From the sequence record MK327947.1: a DNA stretch of 64,000 bases. The stretch is one strand, 5' to 3'. The stretch is from Escherichia phage vB_EcoM_G5211. Positions 1-10,531 of this stretch are shown here, piece after piece. Both the position numbers and the translations under genes were made by a program. The notes beneath the pieces are model-generated. The model worked only from the letters and a program-made list of their open reading frames with translations, searched no databases and was not told the origin of the DNA. Each line of letters begins with the position of its first letter. The first letter of the stretch is position 1.

Positions 1-37
1 AAATTTTTATTATTCTAAAGATCTTTCTTCGTTTTGG
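1..37. repeat. Copy of a ~25-50 bp intergenic repeat (tctaaagatctttcttcgttttg); other copies at 35926-35976 and 36083-36126
   Basis: Exact 23-mer shared with 36089-36111; 5' part (aaatttttattattc) shared with 35926-35940. Confidence 0.6.
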
Positions 38-106
38 TTATGTTTTAACCAATAACTATATTTTTATACAGTAATAAATAAAACGGGTACTATACGAGGA
101 CTTCTT

Positions 107-361
107 ATGACAGAAGACATTTTGTTAAAACTCTATGATCGTTTGGATAACGAATTAGCAACATTGCGGGGTGAAGTTCTCTATTTGTCTAAATGCAATA
201 CAGATCTGCTTAAGCAGATTGCAGAAAGGGATGATCAAATAAAATCCCTTTCAGGTGCATTACGTGATCGCGACAAGGCATTAGAGATTTTACAGCGTGT
301 TACCAATAAGGAAGAATTAAAAGACTTCTTACATGGTTATGCTCATGCTATCGATCTATAA
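107..361 (+). CDS. Hypothetical small protein (84 aa), charged, predicted coiled-coil
   Basis: ORF with RBS-like gagga upstream; heptad-like charged sequence; convergent with gene 2 and sharing the hairpin at 369-385. Confidence 0.45.
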   Translation: MTEDILLKLYDRLDNELATLRGEVLYLSKCNTDLLKQIAERDDQIKSLSGALRDRDKALEILQRVTNKEELKDFLHGYAHAIDL

Positions 362-392
362 TAAAAAAGCCCGTCAATGACGGGCTTAATGT
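362..392. terminator. Bidirectional rho-independent terminator hairpin (gcccgtc-aat-gacgggc) flanked by A-run and T-rich tract
   Basis: 7-bp GC stem 369-385, A6 upstream; lies between convergent ORFs. Confidence 0.6.
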
Positions 393-1213
393 TATGCATC
401 CTTCCAAACTTTCCTTGCGTCGTATTTCTTGCCTTTTGACATAAACTGATATGTAGGCATATAGATAATATTGCTCCAGTCTTTCGGGCTAATCTCAACA
501 AGTTTTGTTTTAATGTGTCCCGGTAGATATGCTTTGATCATGTGATCACTTCCACGCATACCTTTTACATCGCTCCATTTGATTTTTAAGCGTGTTTTAT
601 TGCTCAAGGTAGGAGTAGATGCATATTGCTTTAAAAGTGCCTCTAAAAACTGCTGACGGGCTTTAGGCGTTACATAGTGTAAGTTAAGACCCAACATTAC
701 AGTATTACCCGCCTTTGTCTTAGAATCACCCAGACAAATGATCAGCGGGAAAACATCCCAATATGGCAAAGTGTCTTTATACTTCGCATCATACATAAAG
801 GTATAGATTCGCCCTACTTGCGGTTTTACAATCTGGTGTCCCTTTATTCCCGCTTTTATTGTTTTAGTAAACCACTCCTGTGATTTTTCTTTAGGACGAC
901 TCTTTGATACAGCACGCATAGACGCACGAAAATCATTAATCATCATCATTGCGCGTTGCTGCTTATTGAGACCCTTTGCACTTTTCCCTTTTAGTTTTTC
1001 AACTTCTATTGCTGTTTTAATTTCGCTGGCATAACGAGACATACTTTTAGTGAAAGTCGCATAGGCTATTCCCTTAGAATCTGCAAATGCTTTAGCTGTC
1101 ATGCCTTTGGCTTTTGCTTTCGCAAATTCTACACCCAATTCGACCCACTGTTTAGACTTTCTTTTTTGGGGAGACGGCTTTTCGTCTTCTGTGATTATTT
1201 CAAATACGCTCAT
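392..1213 (-). CDS. 2: gp2-like DNA end-protector protein
   Basis: 273 aa (T4 gp2 is about 274 aa); position upstream of gene 4/53/5 as in T4; sequence identity not verified. Confidence 0.6.
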   Translation of the reverse strand: MSVFEIITEDEKPSPQKRKSKQWVELGVEFAKAKAKGMTAKAFADSKGIAYATFTKSMSRYASEIKTAIEVEKLKGKSAKGLNKQQRAMMMINDFRASMRAVSKSRPKEKSQEWFTKTIKAGIKGHQIVKPQVGRIYTFMYDAKYKDTLPYWDVFPLIICLGDSKTKAGNTVMLGLNLHYVTPKARQQFLEALLKQYASTPTLSNKTRLKIKWSDVKGMRGSDHMIKAYLPGHIKTKLVEISPKDWSNIIYMPTYQFMSKGKKYDARKVWKDA

Positions 1214-1224
1214 AATATTATCCT

Positions 1225-1698
1225 CTATTTGTTAAGCCCTTTAAAACCGAACACTTTCTTTAATGCATGTTCGGTTATGATCTTAAACTCCATGTTATGC
1301 TTTTGGCATAATTTCACGGCAGCTAACCATTTTTCAGTATTTTTTGTGTATGTCCATACTTCATGCATATATCGTTGCTTTGTCTTCGCGGTCATTCTTT
1401 TTGGCTTTTCCGGTGGCCTTGTCTCTTTAGCTGGTTTAACTTCCCATAAATGCTCCTTGCCATCATCAAACTTAACGTAAAAATCCATAAAGTATCTGTG
1501 TCTTTTCCCGTCTGTTGATGACTCATAAGGAATTACTACGGTCTCAGATCCCCATTTTGCAACTCTAGGATTGCGGTCTAGCCACTGCATGATCCATCTT
1601 TCCCAGCTTGAACGGTATGTGATCTTACGTATATCCCCTTTATACTTTTCCTTATTCTCAGGAACATACTTGCCCTTATAAGTGTTAGATCCTCCCAT
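1225..1698 (-). CDS. 4: gp4-like head completion protein
   Basis: 157 aa (T4 gp4 about 150 aa); synteny between gene 2 and gene 53. Confidence 0.55.
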   Translation of the reverse strand: MGGSNTYKGKYVPENKEKYKGDIRKITYRSSWERWIMQWLDRNPRVAKWGSETVVIPYESSTDGKRHRYFMDFYVKFDDGKEHLWEVKPAKETRPPEKPKRMTAKTKQRYMHEVWTYTKNTEKWLAAVKLCQKHNMEFKIITEHALKKVFGFKGLNK

Positions 1699-1713
1699 TT
1701 TAGCACCCTTTAT

Positions 1714-1721
1714 TATAAATA
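1714..1721 (+). promoter_or_regulatory. T4-type late promoter TATAAATA upstream of gene 53
   Basis: Exact TATAAATA about 33 nt upstream of ATG at 1754. Confidence 0.55.
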
Positions 1722-1753
1722 CATAATACTATTTATCAATTGAGGGTGCTAAA

Positions 1754-2308
1754 ATGCTCTTTTCTTTCTTCCCTGCCATTGAATACAACGGCAAGATGAT
1801 TACTGACATTGTGCGCAATTACCGCGCATATTTCAACGCAATAATTTCTGATTATAACATACAAACATATTACATTCAAGGTAGTCCACGACCGGAACAA
1901 GTTGCATATGAAGTATACGGAAACCAACAACTTTATTGGATCTTGCTGATGCTTAATGACGTATACGATCCGTTCCATGACTGGATCACCGATCAAGAGA
2001 CAGCCTATGAATCAGCCGAACAACGATATGCAAACGTAGGAGGAAATCAAGTATTATACCACGTTGATATTGACGGAAACAAGTATTGGAATCTTACCGA
2101 ATATCCGAAAGGATCAAGCAATTGGTATGATAAAGGGGATATTCATCACCGTCATTTGCAGTTTCAGGGTGCATTATCGGCAGTAGACACACTGGAAGAT
2201 GCGATCCTCCGCAATGAGGAACGACGCAAGATCAAGATCATAGATCCTACACAAATTAAACAATTTATTAACGCATTCATTCGAGAAATGGAAAAGGCTG
2301 ATGTGTAA
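1754..2308 (+). CDS. 53: gp53-like baseplate wedge protein
   Basis: 184 aa; immediately upstream of gene 5 as in T4. Confidence 0.6.
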   Translation: MLFSFFPAIEYNGKMITDIVRNYRAYFNAIISDYNIQTYYIQGSPRPEQVAYEVYGNQQLYWILLMLNDVYDPFHDWITDQETAYESAEQRYANVGGNQVLYHVDIDGNKYWNLTEYPKGSSNWYDKGDIHHRHLQFQGALSAVDTLEDAILRNEERRKIKIIDPTQIKQFINAFIREMEKADV

Positions 2309-2319
2309 GGTGATTAATT

Positions 2320-4119
2320 ATGCTAATGTTTAATAACTCCGTTAAATGGTTTACCGGAATTGTAGAAAACAGGGAAGACCCATTAATGCTGGGGCGTGTT
2401 CAGGTTAGGATTCATGGTATACATCCCTCGCTATCCGCACACGGTGACATTCAAGGTCTTCCAACCGAAGATCTATTATGGATTACGCCAGTACAAGATA
2501 TTACAAGCGCGGCGATCTCCGGTATAGGTCAAAGCCCTACTGGTATTGTTGAAGGTTCAATGGTATTTGGTTTGGCTTTAGATGAACGTTATTTAAACTG
2601 CGTTATTCTTGGTACTATTGCCGGACAATATACAGAGAAACCACTCACTACAGAGGGTTTTTGCGACCCTTCTGGTGCATATCCTCGTTATATTGGTAAT
2701 GATGTTAATATTCTTGCTCGTGGCGGTATTAACCCAGAAACCGGACAAACAACAAAACCTGATAGTGTCTATATTCGAGATGAAAACACTGGAGTTGCAG
2801 TAAATCCAGACGACGAGCCATTAGACCAAATTCCGGTTGATGATAATCCTGATTTTACAATCGAAAAAATGCTGCGGGGCGATGAGGGATATCGCGAGAA
2901 ATGGTATCTTGATTCAGAAGGATATCCGACAATAGGCATCGGGCATTTGATCATTTATAAGAAAACCAGTGATCTGGGTATTATCAATAATGAACTTTCT
3001 AAGCTGGTAGGGCGTGAAGTTACAAACGGAAGACTTACCGCCGAAGAAGTTAGTAAAGTATTTGCCGACGATATAGAAAAGACTCGTCGTGATATGCGCA
3101 AACATCCACGAATTGCACCTGTCTATAATAAATGTAATGCCTCACGTCGTATGGCATTAGAAAATATGGCGTTTCAAATGGGTGTTGGTGGATTGGGTAA
3201 ATTTAAGAATAGTCTTGCTGCGATGTTAGCGGAAGAATGGAAACAAGCCTATGATGGATTACGTCAATCGGTATGGGCTAACCAAACTCCAGGACGCTCC
3301 AGCCGTGTTTCTAAAATTATTTTAACTGGTAACTTAGAATCATATGGCGTAATTGCTCCAAAGAAAGAGGAATCAATTTCTGATGATCCGCGAGCACGTT
3401 TGAGAAATGCCCGTATTGCTGCCTATAAGACGCAGAGAGCAGAAGAAGACCCAGAAGCACCGTTTACCCCACAAGACACACGAATCATGTTTAAAGAGCC
3501 TAAGAGTTCGTATTCTGCTAGGTATCCTTATAACCATGTGTACGAGTCAGAGAGCGGTCATATTATCGAGATTGATGATACTCCTTCTCATGAGCGATAT
3601 CATCGTAAACATCCTTCGGGTACATTTGAAGAAACCAGACCGGACGGAACGAGGGTAGAAAAGATTGAAGGCGATGATTATCTGATCGTTAAACAAGGCC
3701 GGAAAGTAAACGTTAAGGGTAATTTGCAAGTTGTTGTTGAAGGTGACGCGCAAGTTTATTATATGGGCAATGTGATGCAAACCGTTGATGGTAACGTCAC
3801 TGAATTTATTCGTGGCAATGTTAATCAGACCGTTGAAGGTACTGCTAACATGCATGTTGTTGGTGATGTTATCGCACAGCTTGACGCTAATTTGACGGCT
3901 AACGTCAAGGGTAATGCTGAATTAATGATCGAGGGTAACACTACCGAAACAATTAAAGGTAACTATGATTTAACCGTTGAGGGTAATTTTAATATGACCG
4001 TCAATGGCACTAAATCAGATCAGGTTAATGGTGACTGGTCCCGTAATTGTGGTGCAAGCGTTAAAGATATTGCATCTGGTACAGTTCAAATTGATGGTAG
4101 CCGTATTGATTTTGGGTGA
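2320..4119 (+). CDS. 5: gp5 baseplate hub / cell-puncturing protein with tail lysozyme domain
   Basis: 599 aa; N-terminal OB-like region, central T4-lysozyme-like motif (DSEGYPTIGIGHL), C-terminal VxGxxxxx beta-helix repeats. Confidence 0.9.
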   Translation: MLMFNNSVKWFTGIVENREDPLMLGRVQVRIHGIHPSLSAHGDIQGLPTEDLLWITPVQDITSAAISGIGQSPTGIVEGSMVFGLALDERYLNCVILGTIAGQYTEKPLTTEGFCDPSGAYPRYIGNDVNILARGGINPETGQTTKPDSVYIRDENTGVAVNPDDEPLDQIPVDDNPDFTIEKMLRGDEGYREKWYLDSEGYPTIGIGHLIIYKKTSDLGIINNELSKLVGREVTNGRLTAEEVSKVFADDIEKTRRDMRKHPRIAPVYNKCNASRRMALENMAFQMGVGGLGKFKNSLAAMLAEEWKQAYDGLRQSVWANQTPGRSSRVSKIILTGNLESYGVIAPKKEESISDDPRARLRNARIAAYKTQRAEEDPEAPFTPQDTRIMFKEPKSSYSARYPYNHVYESESGHIIEIDDTPSHERYHRKHPSGTFEETRPDGTRVEKIEGDDYLIVKQGRKVNVKGNLQVVVEGDAQVYYMGNVMQTVDGNVTEFIRGNVNQTVEGTANMHVVGDVIAQLDANLTANVKGNAELMIEGNTTETIKGNYDLTVEGNFNMTVNGTKSDQVNGDWSRNCGASVKDIASGTVQIDGSRIDFG

Positions 4120-4127
4120 GGTAACTA

Positions 4128-4697
4128 ATGGTTGAAATTCTTCCGATGAGTTCAAAATTGGAGGATATCAGCGAGCGAGAAATCTTTGAGGTGGTGTTCT
4201 CTTATAAAGCAACGCCACCGGATGCAAATACCACATACACGATTAAAGAGTTTAAGATCAGCGAGTATCGCCCTAATAAGGGCGTTACCGTTGAAGAAAC
4301 TAAAATATCTGGTGAGTATAGGGATAGTTTTTCGCTTGGCGCGGATTCTCTTAAATATATAACGAAAGATCGAATTAAAAAATCTGCCGGAAGTTTTGAT
4401 GATTTACCAGATCCAACTACCGCAGATCTATATTATTTTAACGCTCCTACACGTCTACAGGAGGTTTATACTTATAAAGTAACCCTAACCTATATCCAAT
4501 CTGTTTCAGAGTCTTCTGGTGGTTCTGGTGAAGGAAATAGTGGTGGTTCCAGTAGCCGAGAGGGTGCTGGTGAAACTAATCCGCCTCCGGTAGTAACCGA
4601 GCACACAATAGAGAAAGTTTATACTCAAACCGTTTTTGGAAATTGGGATGTGTGGAGTAAACAGTTAAGAGATTATGTTAGAAGAAGTGAGGGATAA
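4128..4697 (+). CDS. Hypothetical protein in gp5.1 position
   Basis: 189 aa ORF directly downstream of gene 5; Gly/Ser-rich middle segment. Confidence 0.5.
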   Translation: MVEILPMSSKLEDISEREIFEVVFSYKATPPDANTTYTIKEFKISEYRPNKGVTVEETKISGEYRDSFSLGADSLKYITKDRIKKSAGSFDDLPDPTTADLYYFNAPTRLQEVYTYKVTLTYIQSVSESSGGSGEGNSGGSSSREGAGETNPPPVVTEHTIEKVYTQTVFGNWDVWSKQLRDYVRRSEG

Positions 4698-4698
4698 T

Positions 4699-5238
4699 AT
4701 GATTGAAGTAATTCATTACACCAAAGAAGATGAAATTTTATATAATAGACTACATGAACTATTTTATGAAGTTGACGGAAAGGTTTATAGAAGGTTCTCT
4801 CGTGGACGTTCTAAAGCCGGAAGTCTAGTTGGTGGATTGAAGATAAATCCATGTGGATATAGATATTGGAGACTTGCTGTTGATGGTAAAGAGTTTCAGA
4901 GGTCTCATGTTGTTTATCATATGCATCACGGACACACTCCAAAAAAACCACTACAAATAGATCATATTAACACAAACTCCCTTGACGACCGAGTTAGCAA
5001 TTTAAGACCAGTAACAGTTACTCAACAAATGTACAACCAAAATAAACAATCCGATTGCACATCTTCATATATTGGTGTTAATTGGAATAAAAATTCCAAA
5101 AAATGGGAAGCTAGAATTAGAGCTAATGGAAAACGAATCCGTTTAGGTCTATTTGATAATGAAATTGACGCTGCGATTGCCTATAACACCGCTGCATTAT
5201 CTAGAGATTCAAAAGTTAACAAATTAAACGATGTATGA
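4699..5238 (+). CDS. HNH homing endonuclease with C-terminal AP2 DNA-binding domain
   Basis: HNH motif (HHGHTPKKPLQIDHINTN...NLR) and AP2-like motif (YIGVNWNKNSKKWEARI...LGLFDNEIDAAIAYN); ATG at 4699 with RBS gaggga; inserted between 5.1 and 5.4. Confidence 0.75.
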   Translation: MIEVIHYTKEDEILYNRLHELFYEVDGKVYRRFSRGRSKAGSLVGGLKINPCGYRYWRLAVDGKEFQRSHVVYHMHHGHTPKKPLQIDHINTNSLDDRVSNLRPVTVTQQMYNQNKQSDCTSSYIGVNWNKNSKKWEARIRANGKRIRLGLFDNEIDAAIAYNTAALSRDSKVNKLNDV

Positions 5239-5253
5239 GGATGGGGGTGTTTA

Positions 5254-5547
5254 ATGGCTGGATTATCCTACGATAAAGCTAAAACTACAGGGCACGGAAA
5301 CTACCCACCTACTGTAATTAATGCAACTCAATCGAAGGTATTTGTTGAGGGTATCCCTGTATTAGTAGAAGGAGACCCAATTACACCACACACAAAAACA
5401 ACAAAGCCTTATGATACACACGGGGGAACTACGGTCGCCAGTACCCCGAAAGTCTTTGTTACCGGAAAGAAAGCAATTCAAATGGCAGATCGTATTAGCT
5501 GTGGCGATACCGTCGCTATGGCATCACCGAAGGTTTATATCAAATGA
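5254..5547 (+). CDS. 5.4: gp5.4-like PAAR-repeat spike-tip protein
   Basis: 97 aa, same size and position as T4 gp5.4. Confidence 0.7.
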   Translation: MAGLSYDKAKTTGHGNYPPTVINATQSKVFVEGIPVLVEGDPITPHTKTTKPYDTHGGTTVASTPKVFVTGKKAIQMADRISCGDTVAMASPKVYIK

Positions 5548-7448
5548 CAAAGCAAAAGATTACACAAATTCCTGATATTTTTAATGCTGCTACATTCGAT
5601 GAAATTAAAAGCGCATTAACAGACTGGATGAGAAACCAGGAAGAATTTAAAGATTTTGATTTTAATGGTGCTGGTATTAACGTATTGATGGACTTGCTCG
5701 CATATAATACCCTTTATATTCAGCAATTCGCCAACGCCGCGCTATATGAATCTTTTATCAGAACGGCAATTAAGCGTAGTTCAGTTGTTCAAGCCGCGCA
5801 AGATTTAGGATATTTGCCAGCAAGTAAAACTAGTGCATCAACTACAATTATGTTGCATGTATCACATCCACGAAATCCGGCAAGTATTCGAATCCCACGA
5901 GGAACTAAATTTATTGCAAGTGTGGACCGCCAGACGTCTTATCCGTTTGTTACTACAGAAGACGTTGTGAGCGTTTTAGGTTCAAATGGTTTATATACTC
6001 CTATGCTTAAAGTCGCACAAGGTCGTATTGTTCGTACAGAAATGTTATTTGATCCGAAGAAACAAATTCTGATCCGCGATCCTGATATTGACCGCGCTCA
6101 GGTTAAATTGTGGGTGGATGGGGCTGAATGGAAAGACTGGACGCGAGAAAGTATTGTTAATGCAACTGGCGCCAGTAATATTTTCTATATGCGTGAAACC
6201 GTAGACGGTCATACAGAAATCTTCTTTGGTGAAGGTGAATCAACTTTATCTGCTGCTGGCGGTGCACTGGAAGCAAATTATATTGGTGGACTTAAGCCGT
6301 CAACTGGTGCTAATATTGTTATTGAATATATTAGCACTAAAGGCGCGGAAGCAAACGGATCTGTCAATTTCACATACGCGGATACCCTTGCATCTATCTC
6401 TATTGTTAAAATTATTGAGAATCCGACAAATGATCGTGATTATGTCGGTGCAGATGGTGGTGGTGATCCTGAATCAATCGAACGTATTCGTGAACTTGCT
6501 CCGGTAATGCGTGAATCTCAGCGTCGTTGTGTTACTGCTTCCGACTATGAGGCTTTTGTATCTAGCCGTTTTGGTAGTATTGTTCAGGCGGTACAATGTT
6601 TCACCGATCGAGAAAAACCAGGTTATGCTTTTGTTGCTGTTAAGCCTAAATCTGGTTTGCGATTGACAACTATTCAAAAAGAAGATATGCGGGATTATCT
6701 GGCAAAATATAACCTTGCCCCTATCACACCGAGCATCATTGACCCTAACTATCTGTATATTAAACAGAATATTAAAGTTTCCTATTCAATCAATGACTTA
6801 TCAGAATCAGAGCAGTGGTTGCGCGGTGCGGTTATTGATCAGATTGATGCATATTATACCGACGAAGTGGAAATTTTTAACCAGACCTTTAGTAAGTCTA
6901 AAATGCTTGCGCGTATTGACAAAGCTGATGTATCTGTGATAGGTTCTAGTGCAGAAATAGAGATGGTTCGAGAGATCGACAACTTCTATAAAGCACCTAT
7001 GGCGGGAATCAAGTTTTTAAACCAGTATAAGAGCGGAATCAAGTCTAGTTCGTTCAACTTCGAAAAGGACGGTAAACAATACCCGATCCATTATGTAAGT
7101 ACAGAAATGAACAAAGAATCCGGTTTAGCTAAATTGCTGGTTGGACCTTTCCCTGTTGATTCTACAATCGCTTTACCGCACTATTCCGGCACTGATTTTG
7201 ATAAAGAGGTTATTGACGGTGCGGACCTATACTTTGAGGTTGGAGAGGTTCAGCATTATGACGACCTTATTTCATGGGATCTGGGTAAACTGAATATCAA
7301 TAGCGATCGCTTTACTGGTTCATATATTGAGTTGACAGCTAAACCGATTGCTGATAACATCTTTACTAAAGACGGTTCTTTGATCGTGTTTGAAAACGAT
7401 CTCCGTCCTCAGTACACAACTATTAGTCTGGAGGCAATTGCTCAATGA
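5544..7448 (+). CDS. 6: gp6 baseplate wedge protein
   Basis: 634 aa; order and size match T4 gene 6; overlapping start/stop with neighbours. Confidence 0.8.
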   Translation: MTKQKITQIPDIFNAATFDEIKSALTDWMRNQEEFKDFDFNGAGINVLMDLLAYNTLYIQQFANAALYESFIRTAIKRSSVVQAAQDLGYLPASKTSASTTIMLHVSHPRNPASIRIPRGTKFIASVDRQTSYPFVTTEDVVSVLGSNGLYTPMLKVAQGRIVRTEMLFDPKKQILIRDPDIDRAQVKLWVDGAEWKDWTRESIVNATGASNIFYMRETVDGHTEIFFGEGESTLSAAGGALEANYIGGLKPSTGANIVIEYISTKGAEANGSVNFTYADTLASISIVKIIENPTNDRDYVGADGGGDPESIERIRELAPVMRESQRRCVTASDYEAFVSSRFGSIVQAVQCFTDREKPGYAFVAVKPKSGLRLTTIQKEDMRDYLAKYNLAPITPSIIDPNYLYIKQNIKVSYSINDLSESEQWLRGAVIDQIDAYYTDEVEIFNQTFSKSKMLARIDKADVSVIGSSAEIEMVREIDNFYKAPMAGIKFLNQYKSGIKSSSFNFEKDGKQYPIHYVSTEMNKESGLAKLLVGPFPVDSTIALPHYSGTDFDKEVIDGADLYFEVGEVQHYDDLISWDLGKLNINSDRFTGSYIELTAKPIADNIFTKDGSLIVFENDLRPQYTTISLEAIAQ

Positions 7449-10400
7449 TTAAAGCGCCTAGTGTAACTAGCTTGACAATAGAAAAATTGTCTGCTAATCA
7501 GGCGTATATCACATGGGATGACGTAGGCGAAAACTTCTTTTATTTTGTGGAGTTAGCCGAAACCAGAACACGAGACGGGGAGATCATCCCCGTCGATGAG
7601 TTAAGCTGGGTAAACCTGGGATATACTGCCGAACAAAACTGGTTTGAGGATAAAAACCTTTTTCCAGAATATTATTACAAGTTTCGTGTAGCAGTAGCCG
7701 CAGAAGGATTTGAACAAAGTAAATGGGTTGAGACAGAAGAGTTTCAGACATTTAAAACAAACGCATATAATTTTTCTATGATGCGAGAGTTCAACCTTGC
7801 AAACGAGTTTATAAAGGAAAAATTTACATACGATAATCGAGAGTATGTCAAGTTTAATACCGACCTTATTCAAGCATCATTGATGAAGGAAGATTTTGTC
7901 TTTAGTCCTGAATATGCAAACATGACAAATATCTCAAACTACATTGTAGTTGATGAGAACTTTCATGAAATACAGGACCACATAGAAAAAGTTTGTACTG
8001 ATATAAACCACACTATGTTAGCGGAAATGAACGGTGTTTTGTACCTTTTCGAACGGTTCCAGCCGATCGTGAAAGTGTCAAATGATAAAGGCCAATCATG
8101 GAAGGCATACAAGGCTTTTAATGACCGTGTAGGCAATCCGGTTTCCCGTACATGCGTTTATCAGTCTAAAACCACTACTTACGTTTTAGGATATGACCGA
8201 ATCTTTTACGGACGACAAGCGAGCGATACTCGATGGAGCGCGGACGATGTTCGATTTAGTGATGATACGATCACTTTTGCAAAGGTCGGTGACGAAAACG
8301 ATTTAGGCTTTGACGTTGAGGTCTTTGGTGTATTTTCCAGATTAACAGGTGATACCACAAAATACGCCGAAGCTATGGCGTGTAGTGATGACTATTTGTG
8401 GGTTGGTGCTAAAGATGTTATTCGCCGGATTCGTCTTAAGAATACTCCTGTTGATACCGTACAGGGTTCGCCTACGTTTGGAGAAAAAATATTCGATCCT
8501 GATGTTATCCGAGTAACAGGAAATGATAAAGCTGTCATTCAGAAAATGGATGTGGTCGACGGTAAATTGCTTGTATTTGTTACGGGTGAAGTTAAACAGC
8601 GTTATCAAGATCCAACTAAACCAGAAAACGTTGTTCCGTCAGATGATGCGGGTGTATACTTAATAGGGAGTGATGGTCTGTCTTTTCAGAGAGTATTTGG
8701 CAACACTCCGCAGGAAAGGGAATATATTCAGCATGGGTTCAGTAATATGTCAACCAATGGTGATGAGGTGTTCATAAGCCATTATAATCATCACTTCGAA
8801 AGCATTTTACCTGATCCAGAAACTGCCGAGAAATATGAATTGGGAGAAGCTGTAAAATATTCTCATGAGCCAACTTATCTAACTGATAAGAAAATACATC
8901 AAACTACTTTCAGAGCAAGTTATGATGATTTGCGTATTTGGGAGTTAGGACCGCAAGCGTATTATAATGAGGCCGATTATACATGGATGCGTCGAAACGG
9001 TGTCCGTGTGTGGATCACAAATGATAATCGCCCGTTGGTTGTTTATCCAGAGGTTATCTATACTCAAGAAGTTGATACATCTGGCATTCTTGACCAAAAT
9101 AGGATCAACCGAGAAGTTTATGATAAAGGGACCGTGACCTGTTATCTTAACAATGTTAAATTTGAAGGATTCAAACAATATGCATCCGGTGTAATGTTCC
9201 ATAAAAACACAGGAGAGATCATAGGATTCTATCAATTTAATTATCGTGTTCGTGATCAGGTTGGTGTATATTGGAAACCTACAAATGTAGCATTTGTTGC
9301 TGAATTGCAAAATCAGGTTCGAGAGGTTCCCTGGGTTCCGGTTCACTACGATCGAGAGCAAGATCCAGATTTGCGGCCTTTACTGAATAAGATGACCCCT
9401 GATAGCTTTTTACTTGAGAACGAAAATTTCAGAAAATTCTCTGAATATTATCTGCAATTCTTAAGCGATGGTTCAGGAACATATTATAATAAACTAAAAA
9501 ATCTGATTAAAAACAAATATCCACGCGAGAAAGATGCATATGAGTATCTTTGGTCAGAGATGAACAAACGAAACATCTATGCAGATAAAAACAAGCGAGA
9601 TGCGGTAGTAAGATTCTTTGAATCCCGCAAATCAGATTTTTATTCCACTAAGGGCGTGGAGGCTTCTTATAAGTTCTTGTTTAAGTTACTTTATAATGAA
9701 GATGTGGAAATTGAGGTTGAATCACAAGCCGGACTAGAGTATGATATTGTTGTTAGTTCAACGAACATTGACGAGGATATCGTAGGTCGCACGATTTATA
9801 CTCCAACCGGACGGGCTAACGTGACGTATCTTGAAAGGGAATATGAAGGTGGTCGCCTACGCTGGCGAGTAACCATTCATAACCTGATCGGGCGGTTCGA
9901 AGAAGGTCAAGTGATCAAATCAGAGAAAACAGCGTTTGAAGGGATGATCCTTGTTGGTGTACGTGGTAAAGAGTTGTTGAGTAGTTCAATCGACTATATC
10001 AACCGCTCACGAAGCCAATACACCATGAAGATTAAAAGTGCATTGCCAGTTTCGCGCTATGCAAATGATGTAATGCGATTCGTTCATCCTGTCGGCTTTG
10101 GGTTTATCGGTGTTACCCTGCTTACGATGTTCATTAACAGCGGGTTGAGCATGAAGCACACCGAGACGATAATTCAATCTCTGAAAAATTATAAGTTTGA
10201 CAGCGGATTGCCTAGCGTGTATCCTGATCGGGTGGCAGACCTTGACGTTGACGGAAACATTAAGAAAGACCCGCTTACCGGAAAAGCATTATATTTGACT
10301 TCACCTTTAATCGGTGATGAATTTCCGGTTCCTCCTGAATATGATCAGGAGAACAGCGAATTGTTCCACGGACTTAAAGCAAGCGAACGAAGATTTGCAA

Positions 10401-10531
10401 TGAGTCCACTGTTTGACCAGTCGGCGGTAACATTCTCTATGTTCCGTGAGCTTGTGGATAAACGGTTGAAGGATAATATAGGGAATCCACGCGATCCGAA
10501 GAATCCGACACAGAGGAAAATTAATGGCTAA
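7445..10531 (+). CDS. 7: gp7 baseplate wedge protein
   Basis: 1028 aa (T4 gp7 about 1032 aa); synteny. Confidence 0.85.
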   Translation: MIKAPSVTSLTIEKLSANQAYITWDDVGENFFYFVELAETRTRDGEIIPVDELSWVNLGYTAEQNWFEDKNLFPEYYYKFRVAVAAEGFEQSKWVETEEFQTFKTNAYNFSMMREFNLANEFIKEKFTYDNREYVKFNTDLIQASLMKEDFVFSPEYANMTNISNYIVVDENFHEIQDHIEKVCTDINHTMLAEMNGVLYLFERFQPIVKVSNDKGQSWKAYKAFNDRVGNPVSRTCVYQSKTTTYVLGYDRIFYGRQASDTRWSADDVRFSDDTITFAKVGDENDLGFDVEVFGVFSRLTGDTTKYAEAMACSDDYLWVGAKDVIRRIRLKNTPVDTVQGSPTFGEKIFDPDVIRVTGNDKAVIQKMDVVDGKLLVFVTGEVKQRYQDPTKPENVVPSDDAGVYLIGSDGLSFQRVFGNTPQEREYIQHGFSNMSTNGDEVFISHYNHHFESILPDPETAEKYELGEAVKYSHEPTYLTDKKIHQTTFRASYDDLRIWELGPQAYYNEADYTWMRRNGVRVWITNDNRPLVVYPEVIYTQEVDTSGILDQNRINREVYDKGTVTCYLNNVKFEGFKQYASGVMFHKNTGEIIGFYQFNYRVRDQVGVYWKPTNVAFVAELQNQVREVPWVPVHYDREQDPDLRPLLNKMTPDSFLLENENFRKFSEYYLQFLSDGSGTYYNKLKNLIKNKYPREKDAYEYLWSEMNKRNIYADKNKRDAVVRFFESRKSDFYSTKGVEASYKFLFKLLYNEDVEIEVESQAGLEYDIVVSSTNIDEDIVGRTIYTPTGRANVTYLEREYEGGRLRWRVTIHNLIGRFEEGQVIKSEKTAFEGMILVGVRGKELLSSSIDYINRSRSQYTMKIKSALPVSRYANDVMRFVHPVGFGFIGVTLLTMFINSGLSMKHTETIIQSLKNYKFDSGLPSVYPDRVADLDVDGNIKKDPLTGKALYLTSPLIGDEFPVPPEYDQENSELFHGLKASERRFAMSPLFDQSAVTFSMFRELVDKRLKDNIGNPRDPKNPTQRKING

